Shown: positions 46,987 to 58,888 of the stretch, piece after piece
How the letters are laid out: each line of letters begins with the position of its first letter
How positions within the stretch are numbered: position 1 is the stretch's first letter
Origin: Heteronotia binoei
Lineage: Eukaryota
Assembly: GCF_032191835.1 (NCBI RefSeq)
Contig: NC_083229.1
Span: forward strand, 43,958,001 to 44,022,000
Direction of reading: 5' to 3'
DNA: 64,000 bases
Program-made: the position numbers and the translations under genes
Notes under the pieces: generated by a model
The model's database searches: none
Seen by the model: only the letters and a program-made list of their open reading frames with translations
What the model was told of the DNA's origin: nothing

Positions 46987-48760
46987 TAGGGATGCCAGGT
47001 CCCCTTGCTGGTCTGGTGGGGGGATTTGGGGACCATTCTGGGGGGCTGGGAGGGGACATTGTGTGATGTTCCTGATGCAATGGTGTCGCTCAGAAGTGAT
47101 GTCAATTGCCTCAGGATGTCGCACAGGGGACTTAGGTTAAATTGGGCTTAAACTATTTATTTATTTATTTATTTATTTTATATCCCACCCTCCCTGCCAA
47201 AGCAGGGTCAGGGCGGCTCACAGTATAAAATCACAGCAACAATTAAAACAATACATATTATAAAATTACAGATTCTACAAGTTAAAACAATCAGAATTGG
47301 TTTGATGCTAATCTCATTAGATGTTGTATATTTTCAGTGGCGATGGCATTTCTCCAGTTTCCTGCGATGTAGGCTCCACATCAGTTAAAAGCCAACTGGA
47401 AGAGAGCGGTCTTGCAGGCCTTGCGGAACTGACAAGGTTCCGCAAGGCCCTCACTTCCTCTGGCAGTTGGTTCTACCAGTGGGGGGCTGCAATCGAGAAG
47501 GGCCTCTGTCTGGTGGTTTTTAATTTGGCCTCCTTCGGCCAGGGGATTACCGATAAATTTTGAGATCCAGATCGAAGTACCCTCTGGGGAATGTGTGGAG
47601 AGAGACAGTCCCTAAGGTAGGCAAGTCCTAGGCCATATAGGGCTTCAAAGGTAATAACCAGCAACTAGTAACGAATCCGGAATACTATTGGCAGCCAGTG
47701 CAGTTCCCGTAGCCCCAACTGTATGTGCTCCCACCCGGGAAGCCCCAATAGCAACCTGGCTGCCGTGTTCTGCACTAGCTGTAGTTTCCAGGTTCGGCAC
47801 AGGGGCAGCCCCAAGTAGAGGGCATTACAGAAGTCCAACCTCAAGGTGATTGTTGCATGGATCTCTGTTGCCAGGTCGTCACGCTCCAGGAAGGGGACCA
47901 ACTGCTTCACCCACCTAAGATGGAAAAAAGCAGATTTGGCAGTGGCTGCTATCTGGGCCTCCATTGTCAGGGCAGGCTCCAGCAGCATCCCAAGCTCTTG
48001 ACCTTGTGCGCCATTGTCAGTGGCGCACCGTCAAATGCTGGTAAGGGGATTTCCCTACCCAGACCACCACGATTCAGGCAAAGGACCTCTGTCTTTGCTA
48101 GATTCAACTTCAATCGACTCAGCCTGCCACAGCTTGCAACGCCAGATCCAGATTTTCTGGGACAGTCAGGCCAGCCATTCATCAGTAGACAGAGATGAGT
48201 GTCATCAGCATACTGGTGGCAACCCAACCAATACCTCCGGCCAATCTGGGCAAGGGGGCGCATATAGATGTTAAACAACATTGGGGAGAGCACTGTCCCC
48301 TGAGGCACCCCACAATTAAGCGTGTGCCTCCGGGACAGTTCTCCCCCAATCACCACCCTTTGTCCCCGACCATCAAGGAAAGAGGAAAGTCATTGCAAGG
48401 CCAACCCCTGAATCCCTGCGTCGGCGAGGTGGTGGATCAGTAGCTGATGGTCGACCGTATCGAATGCAGCCGATTGGTCTAAACATCAGTACCACCGAGC
48501 CGCCTCGATCCAGATGCCGCTGGAGGTCATCCACCAGGTCAACCAGCAGTGTCTCTGTCCCATGACCTGGGTGAAAACCGGACTGGTGGGGGTCTAGTAG
48601 AGTTTGTTCCAAAACCAGAGCATCTCCCATGCAATATCCCCATTGTAGTGATGTCACTTCTGGGTGATGTCATCACGTTGGGGATGTCATGCAGCAATGT
48701 CCCTGTTTAGGGGAGGGTTTCCCCCCACTGGCCAGCTAGAACCTGGGGGCTGGCAACCCT
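46987..48760. mobile_element. hAT-type non-autonomous element (TAGGG(A/T)TGCCA TIR) split by the L2 insertion
   Basis: TAGGGATGCCA at 46987 and TGGCAACCCT at ~48751-48760; internal TGATGTCA(CTTC) repeats on both sides of the L2. Confidence 0.55.
47153..48615 (-). mobile_element. 5'-truncated L2 LINE (RT and C-terminus), frameshifted
   Basis: LDPHQSGFHPGHGTET, GVPQGTVLSPMLFNIYM, HQYADDT, RLDFCNALYLGLP, LHWLPI, LRS..., (ATTT)n tail at ~47153-47180. Confidence 0.93.
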
Positions 48761-51124
48761 TTGTTTAGGGCAGAATGTCATGAGCCCTGATGAGGAGGAG
48801 CTGGAAGGGTTAACAGACCTGGAAGTGTTGCCCACCAGCTCCTCAGCCGAACAACCAAAAGCTGGCACATCAATCACTCTCCCTGCATTCCAGGCACCAT
48901 TGCTGGTTGTTGACAATCAATCTCCTCCAAGCTCTCCCCCTCTCATCTCAAGAGTTTGAAGCAGGCTCTGGAAAGAACTTTCAGAGCAAAGACATGAGGC
49001 ACGCCGATGCTTCAGATCTCTCAGTCCTGAGTTATAGCAGAGTTGCTGCCACCCAGGGATTTGCGATTTTGCTTTGGTGACTTGGCCCCTGCTTGACTTC
49101 CTGGACTTTGACCTTGGACTGGCTTTGGACTCCCGCCTGCCTGCACCCTGAGAATGTGACACAGAACAGGCCTACCATTTACCTCCCCATTGTCATGCAA
49201 GCTGCTGCTTCCACCTTACATTGCCCATGTTCAATCAATGGGGCACTAAAAGAAAGAATGAGGGAAAGAAACAACATCACACTTGATGTTCTATGAATTC
49301 CTCTATGGTCTTTTCTATAGATACTGGGGTCTTTACCATCAAGACTGGAGGAATTCCTAGAGTGTCATGGGGGTGGTGTGATGCCACTTTTGAGTAATCA
49401 CTCAGAAATGATATTACAGATTCCACAGGCTCCCCCCCCCCACCCCCGAGTTCCCAGGATTTGCAGATGCAGGCCTGGTAACCCGATGGAGGTTAAATCA
49501 TCTAAACTTGTTTATAGTTTAGGACTGGCAGCATGAGGCTGGCAACCAATGGGAGACTTACCTTCCAAAATGGGGTCTCACTGGTGACATAAGCCACTTT
49601 CACACATACTAAGCAATATACTTTCAATCCACTTACAATGCACCCTGGAACTGGGTTTTACTATGTGAAAAGGCAAAATCCACTTGTAAATGGTCGCTGA
49701 AGTGAATTGAAACTGCATCCACTATGACATCAGCACATTGCTGGCAACACTCTTGCGTTAGCATCACTAGTGAAGTCCTGACATCACTTCTGGTTGTGCC
49801 TGAAGTGACTTCAGTGTGTTGGTATGCTGGTGTCTTCACCCCCCTATCCACCCCATCCCCCCAATTTTCTTCTGCCACCCAGTTGAGCAGGGGCTGGAAT
49901 TCTCTCACTCCACTGGGCATATGGCAGTCCTAGAGTTGGATACAAAATAACATGTAATTCCATAAAGCCTATGCCCTGTTAGCATGAGCTACTGATGGAT
50001 TTGTCAATAATGCCACAGATTTCAAAATGACTGCAAGATATTTGGTCGAAATTTGGAAGTGGCAGGCCCATATTATACTAATTAAATAGTGTTGTTTATA
50101 GAGGTTAAATATAACCTCCAAACCATAATTTCATTAGATGCTATTTACATGCCGGGTGTAATTATGTTTAATTTAAGAGGACTTAAATCTATTACTCCCT
50201 CCATTTTGTGAACTTTTTCAGTTAAATGTGGCATCACCTGACCTTAACTGAGAGCAAAACATGACAGTTGCTAGTGAACTGAACTTTTTGGGATGGTTAA
50301 GGTCTGAAATTTTCCTTCCCTACTCTGACTCACTAATGACCGGCTGTTGCAAATATTAACCTTACAGACAGGACAGTATGAATCATAAAGCAATCTCATC
50401 TAGCCTTTCAGAATCCCACTGAAACAAGAATGGCTGGAACAGCTTGAGCATCATACATTGCTCCAAAAAGGATAATCCAGCTGTTATAGCAACGATTTGG
50501 TTGCTTGTGCCTCTTTTTAGAAACACCCTCCCCTCCAGGTGGGGCCTGGAGATTTCCTGGAATTACAATAGATCTCCAGAGGATAAAAATCAGTTTCCAT
50601 GGAGAAAATGGCTACATTGGAGGATGGATTCTATGGCATCATGCCCCTCTGAGGTCCTTCCTATCTTCAAGCCCTGCCTTCTCCTGGCCTCCACTCCCAA
50701 ATCTCCAGGAATTTTCCAACTTGGAGTTGGCTACTCTGGGTACTAAGCAAGAAGAAGGTCCAGAAATGACAGCTCTCCAGCAGACATTACATACTACTAA
50801 CAGAAACCTTGATATGTTATATAGTTAAGAGATTTTTACCCTGCAATGTTTACCGTAAAAGGCTCTGTCAGGGTAGCTTCCAATGTAAACCAAGCAAATA
50901 AAACCTCTAGTAACTAAAGCAGTCTTCAAATAAAGCAATGTCAAAACAGCCAATTAAAACATCAATACAAATATCTAAATGTTAGTAGACTAAAACAGTG
51001 ATATGACTAAGACCCTATTTTTTTTAGAAAAAAATCAAATAAAAGACTGAGAAACACGGTACCTAAACTCAACAAATTGCACAGAAAAGCAGATTTTAAA
51101 ATGTTGCTACTTCAGAGAGACTGG

Positions 51125-51279
51125 GGCTGCAATCACACACACAAAAAAAATAATGCACTTTCAATCCACTTTCTGTGTACTTTCCAACTGGATTTTACTG
51201 TGTGAACTGGCAAAATCCAGTTAGAAAGTGCATTGAAAGTGGATTGATAGTGCATTATTTAGTGTGTATGATCACAGCC
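51125..51279. mobile_element. Palindromic MITE (GGCTG...CAGCC), Harbinger-like
   Basis: Whole element is an imperfect inverted repeat; related copies at ~49596-49712 and ~25660-25760. Confidence 0.7.
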
Positions 51280-51701
51280 TAGGAGAGCAGGAGTTAAACT
51301 GCCCTGGTTTGGACAGCTATTGTGATGGGCTGTTTTTATTTTCTCTCTGATTGGCCAGCATCTGTTGTAAGCAAGTTAATTATCAGCTGTTCTGGAGGGG
51401 AAAGGATTTTCTGTCTTTGGTCCTTGGGTCTGAAGTGAGCAAGCCAAAAAGTTTCTGACAAAGGAAGGAATAACTGTAGTCAATGACAGGGTTAGTCAGA
51501 AAGGTTCTTCTACAGATATAAGAAAATCTGTGGAAGAAACTTCCTTCTACAGTAGTTCCAATATTAGAACTACTCTGAGGGAGAATTGTGATTCTGAGTC
51601 CAGAAGGCTAAAAAAAGACCATACTGCTTTACAAAGACAACAGTCACTGGAAGAGAGAGTTGGCTAGAGTAATGGATTATTAAGCAGTAACTCCCATTCA
51701 G

Positions 51702-52002
51702 TGAGTCCCATGGTGCAGAGTGGTAAAGCTGCAGTACTGCAGTCCAAGCTCTCTGCTCATGACCTGAGTTAGATCCTGGCAGAAGCTGGGTTTAGGTAGC
51801 CAGCTCAAGGTTGACTCAGCCTTCCATCTTTCTGAGGTCAGTAAAATAAGTACCCAGCTTGCTGGGGGTGGGGAGTGTAGATGACTGGGGAAGGAAATGA
51901 CAAACCACCCCATTAAAAAGCCTGCCATGAAAACGTGATGTGACATCACCCCAGAGTCGGAAATGACTGGTGCTTGCATAGGGGACAACCTTTACCTTTT
52001 TT
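51702..52002 (+). mobile_element. Sauria SINE (Squam1), near full length
   Basis: GAGTCCCATGGTGCAGAGTGGTAAAGCTGCAGTACTGCAG...GGTTGACTCAGCCTTCCAT...CAAACCACCC...ACCTTTACCTTT tail. Confidence 0.85.
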
Positions 52003-52269
52003 AGTCTGTCGATAGCATCTCAGAGAACAACTGGTGCTAACTAGCTTCTAGTGCATAGCCTGTAGCACTGCTAACTGTTAATCTGAAGTAAAAATAGAAC
52101 TTGCCCACTGAGCTGGCTAATTTTTTTTACTCCCTTTTGCCCCGTCTTCTGTCCTCAGTGTTAATGCAGAGCCGGACAAAGGACTGCCAATGGTCCTCAG
52201 TTCAGCACTGTGTTTGAGGAATAATGTCATACATATAGTAGAAGGAGATGCATTGTTATGCATCCATTG

Positions 52270-52803
52270 ACATAGAAAATGGCCTTGAGCAGTCTGGGAC
52301 CTATGTATCTACAGGACCGCCTCCTCTGCTATGTCTCTGGAAGAGCATTATGCTATGCTGGCCATAATTTGTTAATAAACCCTGACCTCAAAGAAGTCCA
52401 GCTGTCCTCGATGAGGGCCTTGACCATTACAGTTGTGGCCCTGATGTGGTGGAACTCTCTGCCAGAGAACATCAGGGCCCTGTGTGATCTTACAGTCATG
52501 CAGGGCCTGTAAGGCAAGAGATGTTCTGCCAGACTTTCAATTAGGACAGCGACAGTAGTTGGCTGGCATCTTTCCTCCTTTACCTCTTTGGGTTCTCCCC
52601 CACCAAATGTAGCATCTGGAAATCTGAAATAGAAACATGTTTTTAGGATGCCATTAGAGGTTTATAACTATTCTGGGTTAATTGTTTTATTGATTTTATA
52701 TAATTGTATTTTGTCTACCGTTGTAAATCGCCCAGAATCTGGCACTAGGTGGAGCAGGGCGATTCATTAAACTGAAGAGATAAAATAAATAAATAAATAA
52801 ATA
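52270..52803 (+). mobile_element. L2 LINE 3' fragment
   Basis: LGPMYLQDRL...LMWWNSLP; GTAAATCGCCCAGA...GGGCGA; (AAAT)n tail. Confidence 0.8.
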
Positions 52804-55244
52804 TAAAACTGATATTTTTTCAAAGGGATTTTCATGTAGCAGTTGGCAAAGACAAGTAGATTCTTTCAGCCATGTATTTTGGTTGCCAGGTGTGTGCAAC
52901 CTTACTGTTTTAGCACTCAGCACCAACAATAGGAAGTTTATAGAATGTCTTATAAGCTTCTATTTTAAGGCTACATTCAGCCTGGTAATTTAAGTTAACT
53001 GCATTAAGTTAAGAAAAAGATGACTAAAAGAAAAAGAAAAGGCATGATATAGGTCCATAACATAATGAGTGGTGTGGTGAAAGGGGATAGACTGGAAGTT
53101 TTCTCTTTCCCTCATACGACTGGAACTTATAATATATCACATGCATTTTCACAAGAAAAGATGCTCAGCTTTTGGAATTTATTGCCACAGGGAGTGGTAA
53201 TGGTTACTGGCTTAGAATGTTTTTCAAAGAGATTAAACATATTCAGTCTACCAATATGTTATTACCTAGGGTAGGTAATGAAACCTCCACCAACCATTAT
53301 TCTGAAAACTAATTACCAAGAGGCAAGTCACAAGCAGCAGCCCTTGTGGGATTTCCTTTAATATCTGCCCAGCAAAGAACTAAAGGTGTATAGTCTGGCC
53401 CTGTCCATGAAATATTTTCATTCATAACTGGAAACACTGTAATAAGCAACTGACATGTGACAGTTGTGTTCTGCTCAGTCATTCCCTTTTTGTACAATAT
53501 GCTGCAAGCTGAATTAAAACTAGGTTTCCACACACTTAACATAGTACTATATTTTCAATTTTTAAAAAATCTACTGATGGCTGTCTCAGTTGGCAAGAAA
53601 GCACTTATGTTTACTTGGAAGTAAGTCCCATGAGCAAAGCTTCTGCCTTTCCTTGCAGTTTTCCTGTTGTCCTTTTGTTTTACAGACAAAATACCCTGCA
53701 TCTGGTAAAGAGAGCTGTGATTCTCAAAAGCTTATGCTACAATAAAATCTGTTAGTCTTAAAGGTGCTACTAGACTCTTTACCTGTTCACTCAAGCATTT
53801 ATGAATCCATTGTTAATTATCAGTTCTATATTAGTGCATGTGTTTGTGTGAAAAAAAGAACTGCTTTTCACTTTGTAGCCAAAACTATTGCCTATCTTTT
53901 AATTTTATTTTTTAATGACTGTAATACCACAATTACAAAATTATAAGAGATGTCATTTTAAATGAACAATGGCTTTGGCAATGCAGTGAACCTTATTAAT
54001 TAATTCCTTCCCAAACAACAATTGAATGGGAACGATCATTCATGATTGAATGGGAACGATCACAGTAGACCAAAACAGGAAGTAATCAAATTGTAAGCAG
54101 AAGAAAATAGCAATGGCATTTTAAAATTTTGTCACACTTGGGGAAAAAAACTTGGGAGGAACAATAGGAGAACACTGGGATGCAACTCGTTGTCAAGGAT
54201 TTCACAAGGATTTTCTATTCAAATGAGTGAATGAAAGATGGAAATTCTGTGCTAAATGGCCAGAACAGAGGCAATAATAAAACAAAGTGCAGAGTAACTA
54301 CATTGGTGTTGTAATAGATGACAAGGATATCATAAGCAATATTGCAGTAATAATCTAATCCATCTGTATTAGGCAATAAGATAAGCATTCTTTTAAGTGT
54401 GAATATTCAATCTAAACCAGTAAATCAATAACACTTGGCCACTGCCTTTGTTTGGCTTCTATTTGTTTTAACTTACTTAGGTTTTTCATGCTGATAGTGT
54501 TATAAATGTCACCCTTTTCCATTAACACACGAAGCTGATCTTTACTCTCTAGCAGTCCGGGTCTGCCATTAAAAAGGCCTTGTTGACCTCTTTTTTTCCC
54601 TTTCTCTTTTTTTGTATAAGACATTGAGACATTTGTGTGCTACATGAAAGACATCTTCAACACCACCCCAGCTCCAAAGGTGAAAGCACATTAAACATTC
54701 AAAGACTTTAGAATGAAATTAACTGAAATTACTATAGAATGAAATTAACTGAAAGCATGCAACCTCTGGGCAACTACTGCAGTTGGCGGGTGATAAAATC
54801 CATTCACATTTGATCAATACAGAGAAGGCGATGCAAGCAATTTTGAAGAGCTAATCAATGATCTGCAGTCCAATCTTACTCATTTAATATTGCCCATGTA
54901 ATGACATGTGTGCCCCATCAATGGTATCAGATTTCAGTTTTAATCTGAATGACTCCACTTTACAGGTACTAGGTTAATCTGAGGGCTGCTGGTCACTGTT
55001 GTACATTATACCAGATATACAGAGGCTGGCTGAAATAGCTCCCATGCAGCTCATCCATGAAGAGATGTCAAATACGTAAGTGATCAGCATTCATTATTCA
55101 ATGAGACACAGCTAGTAGGTCACAGAACAAATGCACAACTTTCCCATCACCATAACAATCCCCCCTTGATTGTAGTGGGTTGTACCCCACCCCCATGTAA
55201 CATTATTTATTAAGACCAGTTATGATTACACCAAAGAGTTGCAA

Positions 55245-55612
55245 GGTATTTTTTTTTTAAATAATGCATTTATTTTATAATATTTAAAACATGAGACTAC
55301 ATAACATAATATACAATATCCATGAGGTAAGATTTCACAATCTAAACAAGGTTCAATATATCTCTTTTGACTAATTCTTTAGATTTATTTCTAGTCTAAA
55401 AGGTCATAAAGGGAGACCAAACTTGTACAAACCTATCTAGTGCATATCTGTTTCCATCCCAAAACTTCCTATATGCAGGTATTTACCTGTTAACATAATA
55501 TGTCATGCTTTTCTTAGACGTTTTTCAGTATCTGGTGCCTTCTTCTGTCTCCACGCTACAGCTATTAACATTCTGGCTGTGGTGAATAAATTTCCTATTA
55601 ACCACATCTTAT
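55245..55612 (-). mobile_element. L1 3' fragment
   Basis: Minus strand GNLFTTARMLIAVAWRQKKAP...QVWSPF (ORF2 end), then A-rich tail. Confidence 0.75.
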
Positions 55613-55614
55613 TA

Positions 55615-55890
55615 AGAAGATGAAGATATTGGATTTATATCCCACCCTCCACTCTGAATCTCACAATCTCAGAGCGACTTACAATCTCCTTTACCTTCCC
55701 CCTCCTACAACAGACACCCTGTGAGATGGGTGAGAGAGCTCTCCCAGAAGCTGCCTTTTCAAGGACAGCTCTGCAAGAGCTATGGCTGACCCAAGGTCAT
55801 TCCAGCAGCTGCAAATGGAGGAGTGGGGAATCAAACCTGGTTATCCCAGATAAGAGTCCATGCACTTAACCACTACACCAAACTGGCTCT
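55615..55890 (-). mobile_element. Squam3-type SINE
   Basis: Reverse complement of the 2312-2596 family, with a (GAA)-type tail at the left. Confidence 0.85.
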
Positions 55891-56264
55891 GAGACCCCTC
55901 TGGGCATAATGTTCAAAAGAGCTATGCCAGGATCTTTTCATATTTCCATACACAGGATTTATCTTGCTAACTTAAACACGTTATTCCAAAAAGCTTTGAT
56001 TATAATTAGCACTCCCTCTAGATATGAATGAAGAAACCCATGTGTCTTTTACATCTCTGGCATATATTTGATGTGGAAGATGTAGTGTTTATATCATTTG
56101 TGGCATGCAACATACAAATTTTATTTCTATGTGATATGTCCTCATTCCATTCTCTAAAAGAATGACAGCTTTAGGTACTGAAATCCAAGATTCAGAAATC
56201 ATATCCATGAAGATGTCTGGGCCTTTCTTACTGGCTGACTCATGTGCATGGGAAAGATGGCCAT

Positions 56265-56508
56265 GGGGAGTGCTGCGGTTCTGTAGGTAGAGCATGTGCT
56301 TTGAATGATGAATGGACTAGATCCAGTCCCTGGTATCTCCACTTAAAAGGATTTCAGGTATTTGGAAATACCTTACATAAAAAAATCTGTACTGCACTTC
56401 CTTAATATAATATTCTCTACTTGAGACACCAGAGAGTTGCTGCCAGGCAGAAGAGACAATACTGGGCCAGATGGATCAATGGTCTGAATCAGTATAAGAC
56501 AGCTTCAT
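56265..56508 (+). mobile_element. Squam2-type SINE, decayed
   Basis: Same core and GTATAAGACAGCTTCAT end as 10061-10257. Confidence 0.65.
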
Positions 56509-58154
56509 ATATTATGGTTTTCTCCAACAGACAGAAAATTGAAATTGAGGATGAACATGTGGGCTTTCTAGCAGTAAGCTAACAGCAGCTGAGGTCCACC
56601 TGAACTAACGTTTTGTTTCATCTTCCTGCAGGTATTTGGCCAGAGCCAGGAGTGCAAGTTTGTGAGCATGAACCAATAGACAGCAGCCAAGGGGTCTTGG
56701 CCCTTTTCATTTAGTCCATGGATCACAGCTCAGAACCTGTGTGGGTCTACTCGGCAGAGTCAGACCACCTCAGATTTGTTTGTGGATTTGCTTTTGTAAT
56801 TTGGACTTCCCCTTTTTTGCTTTGAGTCACTTTAGGGAGAAAAGAGGCCTGAAAGTATTTAAATATACATTTGGTATACATGATCCAAATAAAGTTGCCA
56901 ACCTCCAGGTGGTAGCTGGCAAACTCCTGGGATTATTACAACTTCTTTCTAGGCAACAGAAGTCAGTTCACCTGGAGAAAATGGCCACTTTGGAAATTGG
57001 ACTCTAAGACAGGGGTGTCAAACATACAGCTTGTAGGCTGGATAGGACCCCTGCAGGGTGATGTGCTTGCTGTGAAGGATGACAGATATTTTGCACAGAT
57101 ATTTTGGAGTAAATATATTTAAGGAAATAAATAGCATTCTGGATTGCAAGCTGGAGTGTAAAGCCTGGGATAGCACTGGAGTTTTTGGGGTTTTTTTTTT
57201 TTTACCAAGTAAGCTGGAGAAAGGGGGAAAGTATACAATTAAAAATCTGTTGGTGGCAGCAAAGCAACCTCTTGCACAGGCCTGGAAACAGTCATTTATC
57301 TTGGTCATTGATGAATGGGCATGTGAATTCTGGCAGATGGTGGGGTGGGGTTTTTAAAATATTTTTGTATGTGCATGTATGTGTGTGTGAGTGCACTTGG
57401 AAGTGTGAGTGCACTTGAAAGTTATGGTGACCTCTGGTGACTGACCCCTACTTGGGGCATAGATGATATTCAGAGGGGTGGCTGAACACAGCTTGCCCCT
57501 GCCTCCCAGCTCTGGTATTTCAAGGAGGCCTCCTTGGGCTATCCAAGTGTCTGGCATATGGTTTTGATGGCAGTGTACAAGAACTGCAAAGAGAAAACTG
57601 GCTCTCAGGAATTCTTTAATCAGATTTGATCCCTATTTGTTAAATTGTGGGATAAACATAGACAAAAAGAACAGGTAAAAAAAATTATTCTATGTCATAT
57701 TAATTGATTGTAATAAATGGAGGATCAGAACAGAATAAGATATAAGCAGTAGCACAATTGGGAGATCTATTGTATGCTATTTTTAGGCATTTTTGTATTT
57801 CTGTAATTTTGTATTTCAAATTTTGGAATTTGGAATTTTGGTCTTTGGAATTTTGGTAGTTATTTATTCTTACTGTAATTATCTAAGTGTGTTTTGCAAT
57901 TCGTTAACAAAATAAAATTTTAAAAAGCATGACAGAGAGCAATGATGCTACAGGGGGTTGCAGATGTATCAGAGATAAGGGGATTCTGCAGCTAACAAAG
58001 ACCATATATTCCATGGATTATACATTCCTAGTTACTAATTGTCCTTTAACTTATTTTGCTTTATGGACCTAGATTCTGTCCTTGTAGCACCCTGAGTTTG
58101 TGCCTTGTAGAAATTAAGGTGTTTTTTTTTTAAAGAGTCTGTACAATTTCTTAC

Positions 58155-58346
58155 CAGTGTTCCCTCTAAGCTGAGTTAGTATGAGCTAGCTCACAGTTTT
58201 TTATGCTCCAGCACACGTTTTTGTCCTAGCTCAGGAAAAATGGTCCCAGAGCAAACTAATTTATGCAGTAGCTCACAACTTCAATACCAGTAGCTCACAA
58301 AGTAGAATTTTTGCTCACAAGACTCCATGGCTTAGAGGGAACATTG
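58155..58346. mobile_element. hAT-type MITE
   Basis: TIRs CAGTGTTCCCTCTAAG / CTTAGAGGGAACATTG. Confidence 0.8.
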
Positions 58347-58752
58347 GACTCCTTACCCACCTGCTTTAGCTGTTTGGCATTCGACAATGATACAGGGCAA
58401 TCCACAAGAGAGAGAAGGGCTGGATTTTACTCTGAGTGGCAGCAATGGCAGTAAAAGGGAGGGCAAGACAGTGGCTAGTCTTGCCTCACAAGCTAACAGA
58501 GATCATGACATTGCTCTTCTTCCAGCAAAAGAGTTGCTTACATGCTTGCATAGACACACACATATATACATAAGCAAACTTTCATCAGTAGAGTGGTGGG
58601 AGGTTGGATCCACTCCGATATGTATTCATCTCAACTGAAATCTGTGATATAAAGTTGGTTTCATAACCATAGTATTCAGAATTCCAGCAGACAGGAAGGC
58701 AAACTGCATTTCAGATCACAGAATGTTGGGGAATGACATTTTAATACACATC

Positions 58753-58888
58753 TAGGGGTGGAATTCTAGCAGGAGCTCCTTTGCATATTAGGCCACACAG
58801 GCTCTTTTTTGTAAGCTCTTGGAGGATTGGCTATATCAGGAGGTGTGGCCTAATATGCAAATGAGCTCCTGCTAGAATTCCACCCCTG
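58753..58888. mobile_element. Palindromic hAT MITE (same subfamily)
   Basis: TSD TACACATC / TATGCATC. Confidence 0.85.

Noticed and set aside
54024-54062. CRISPR-like or functional repeat-spacer units (also 54706-54752, 23670-23702)
   Set aside because: Only two adjacent copies each; these are simple slippage duplications in a eukaryotic genome.
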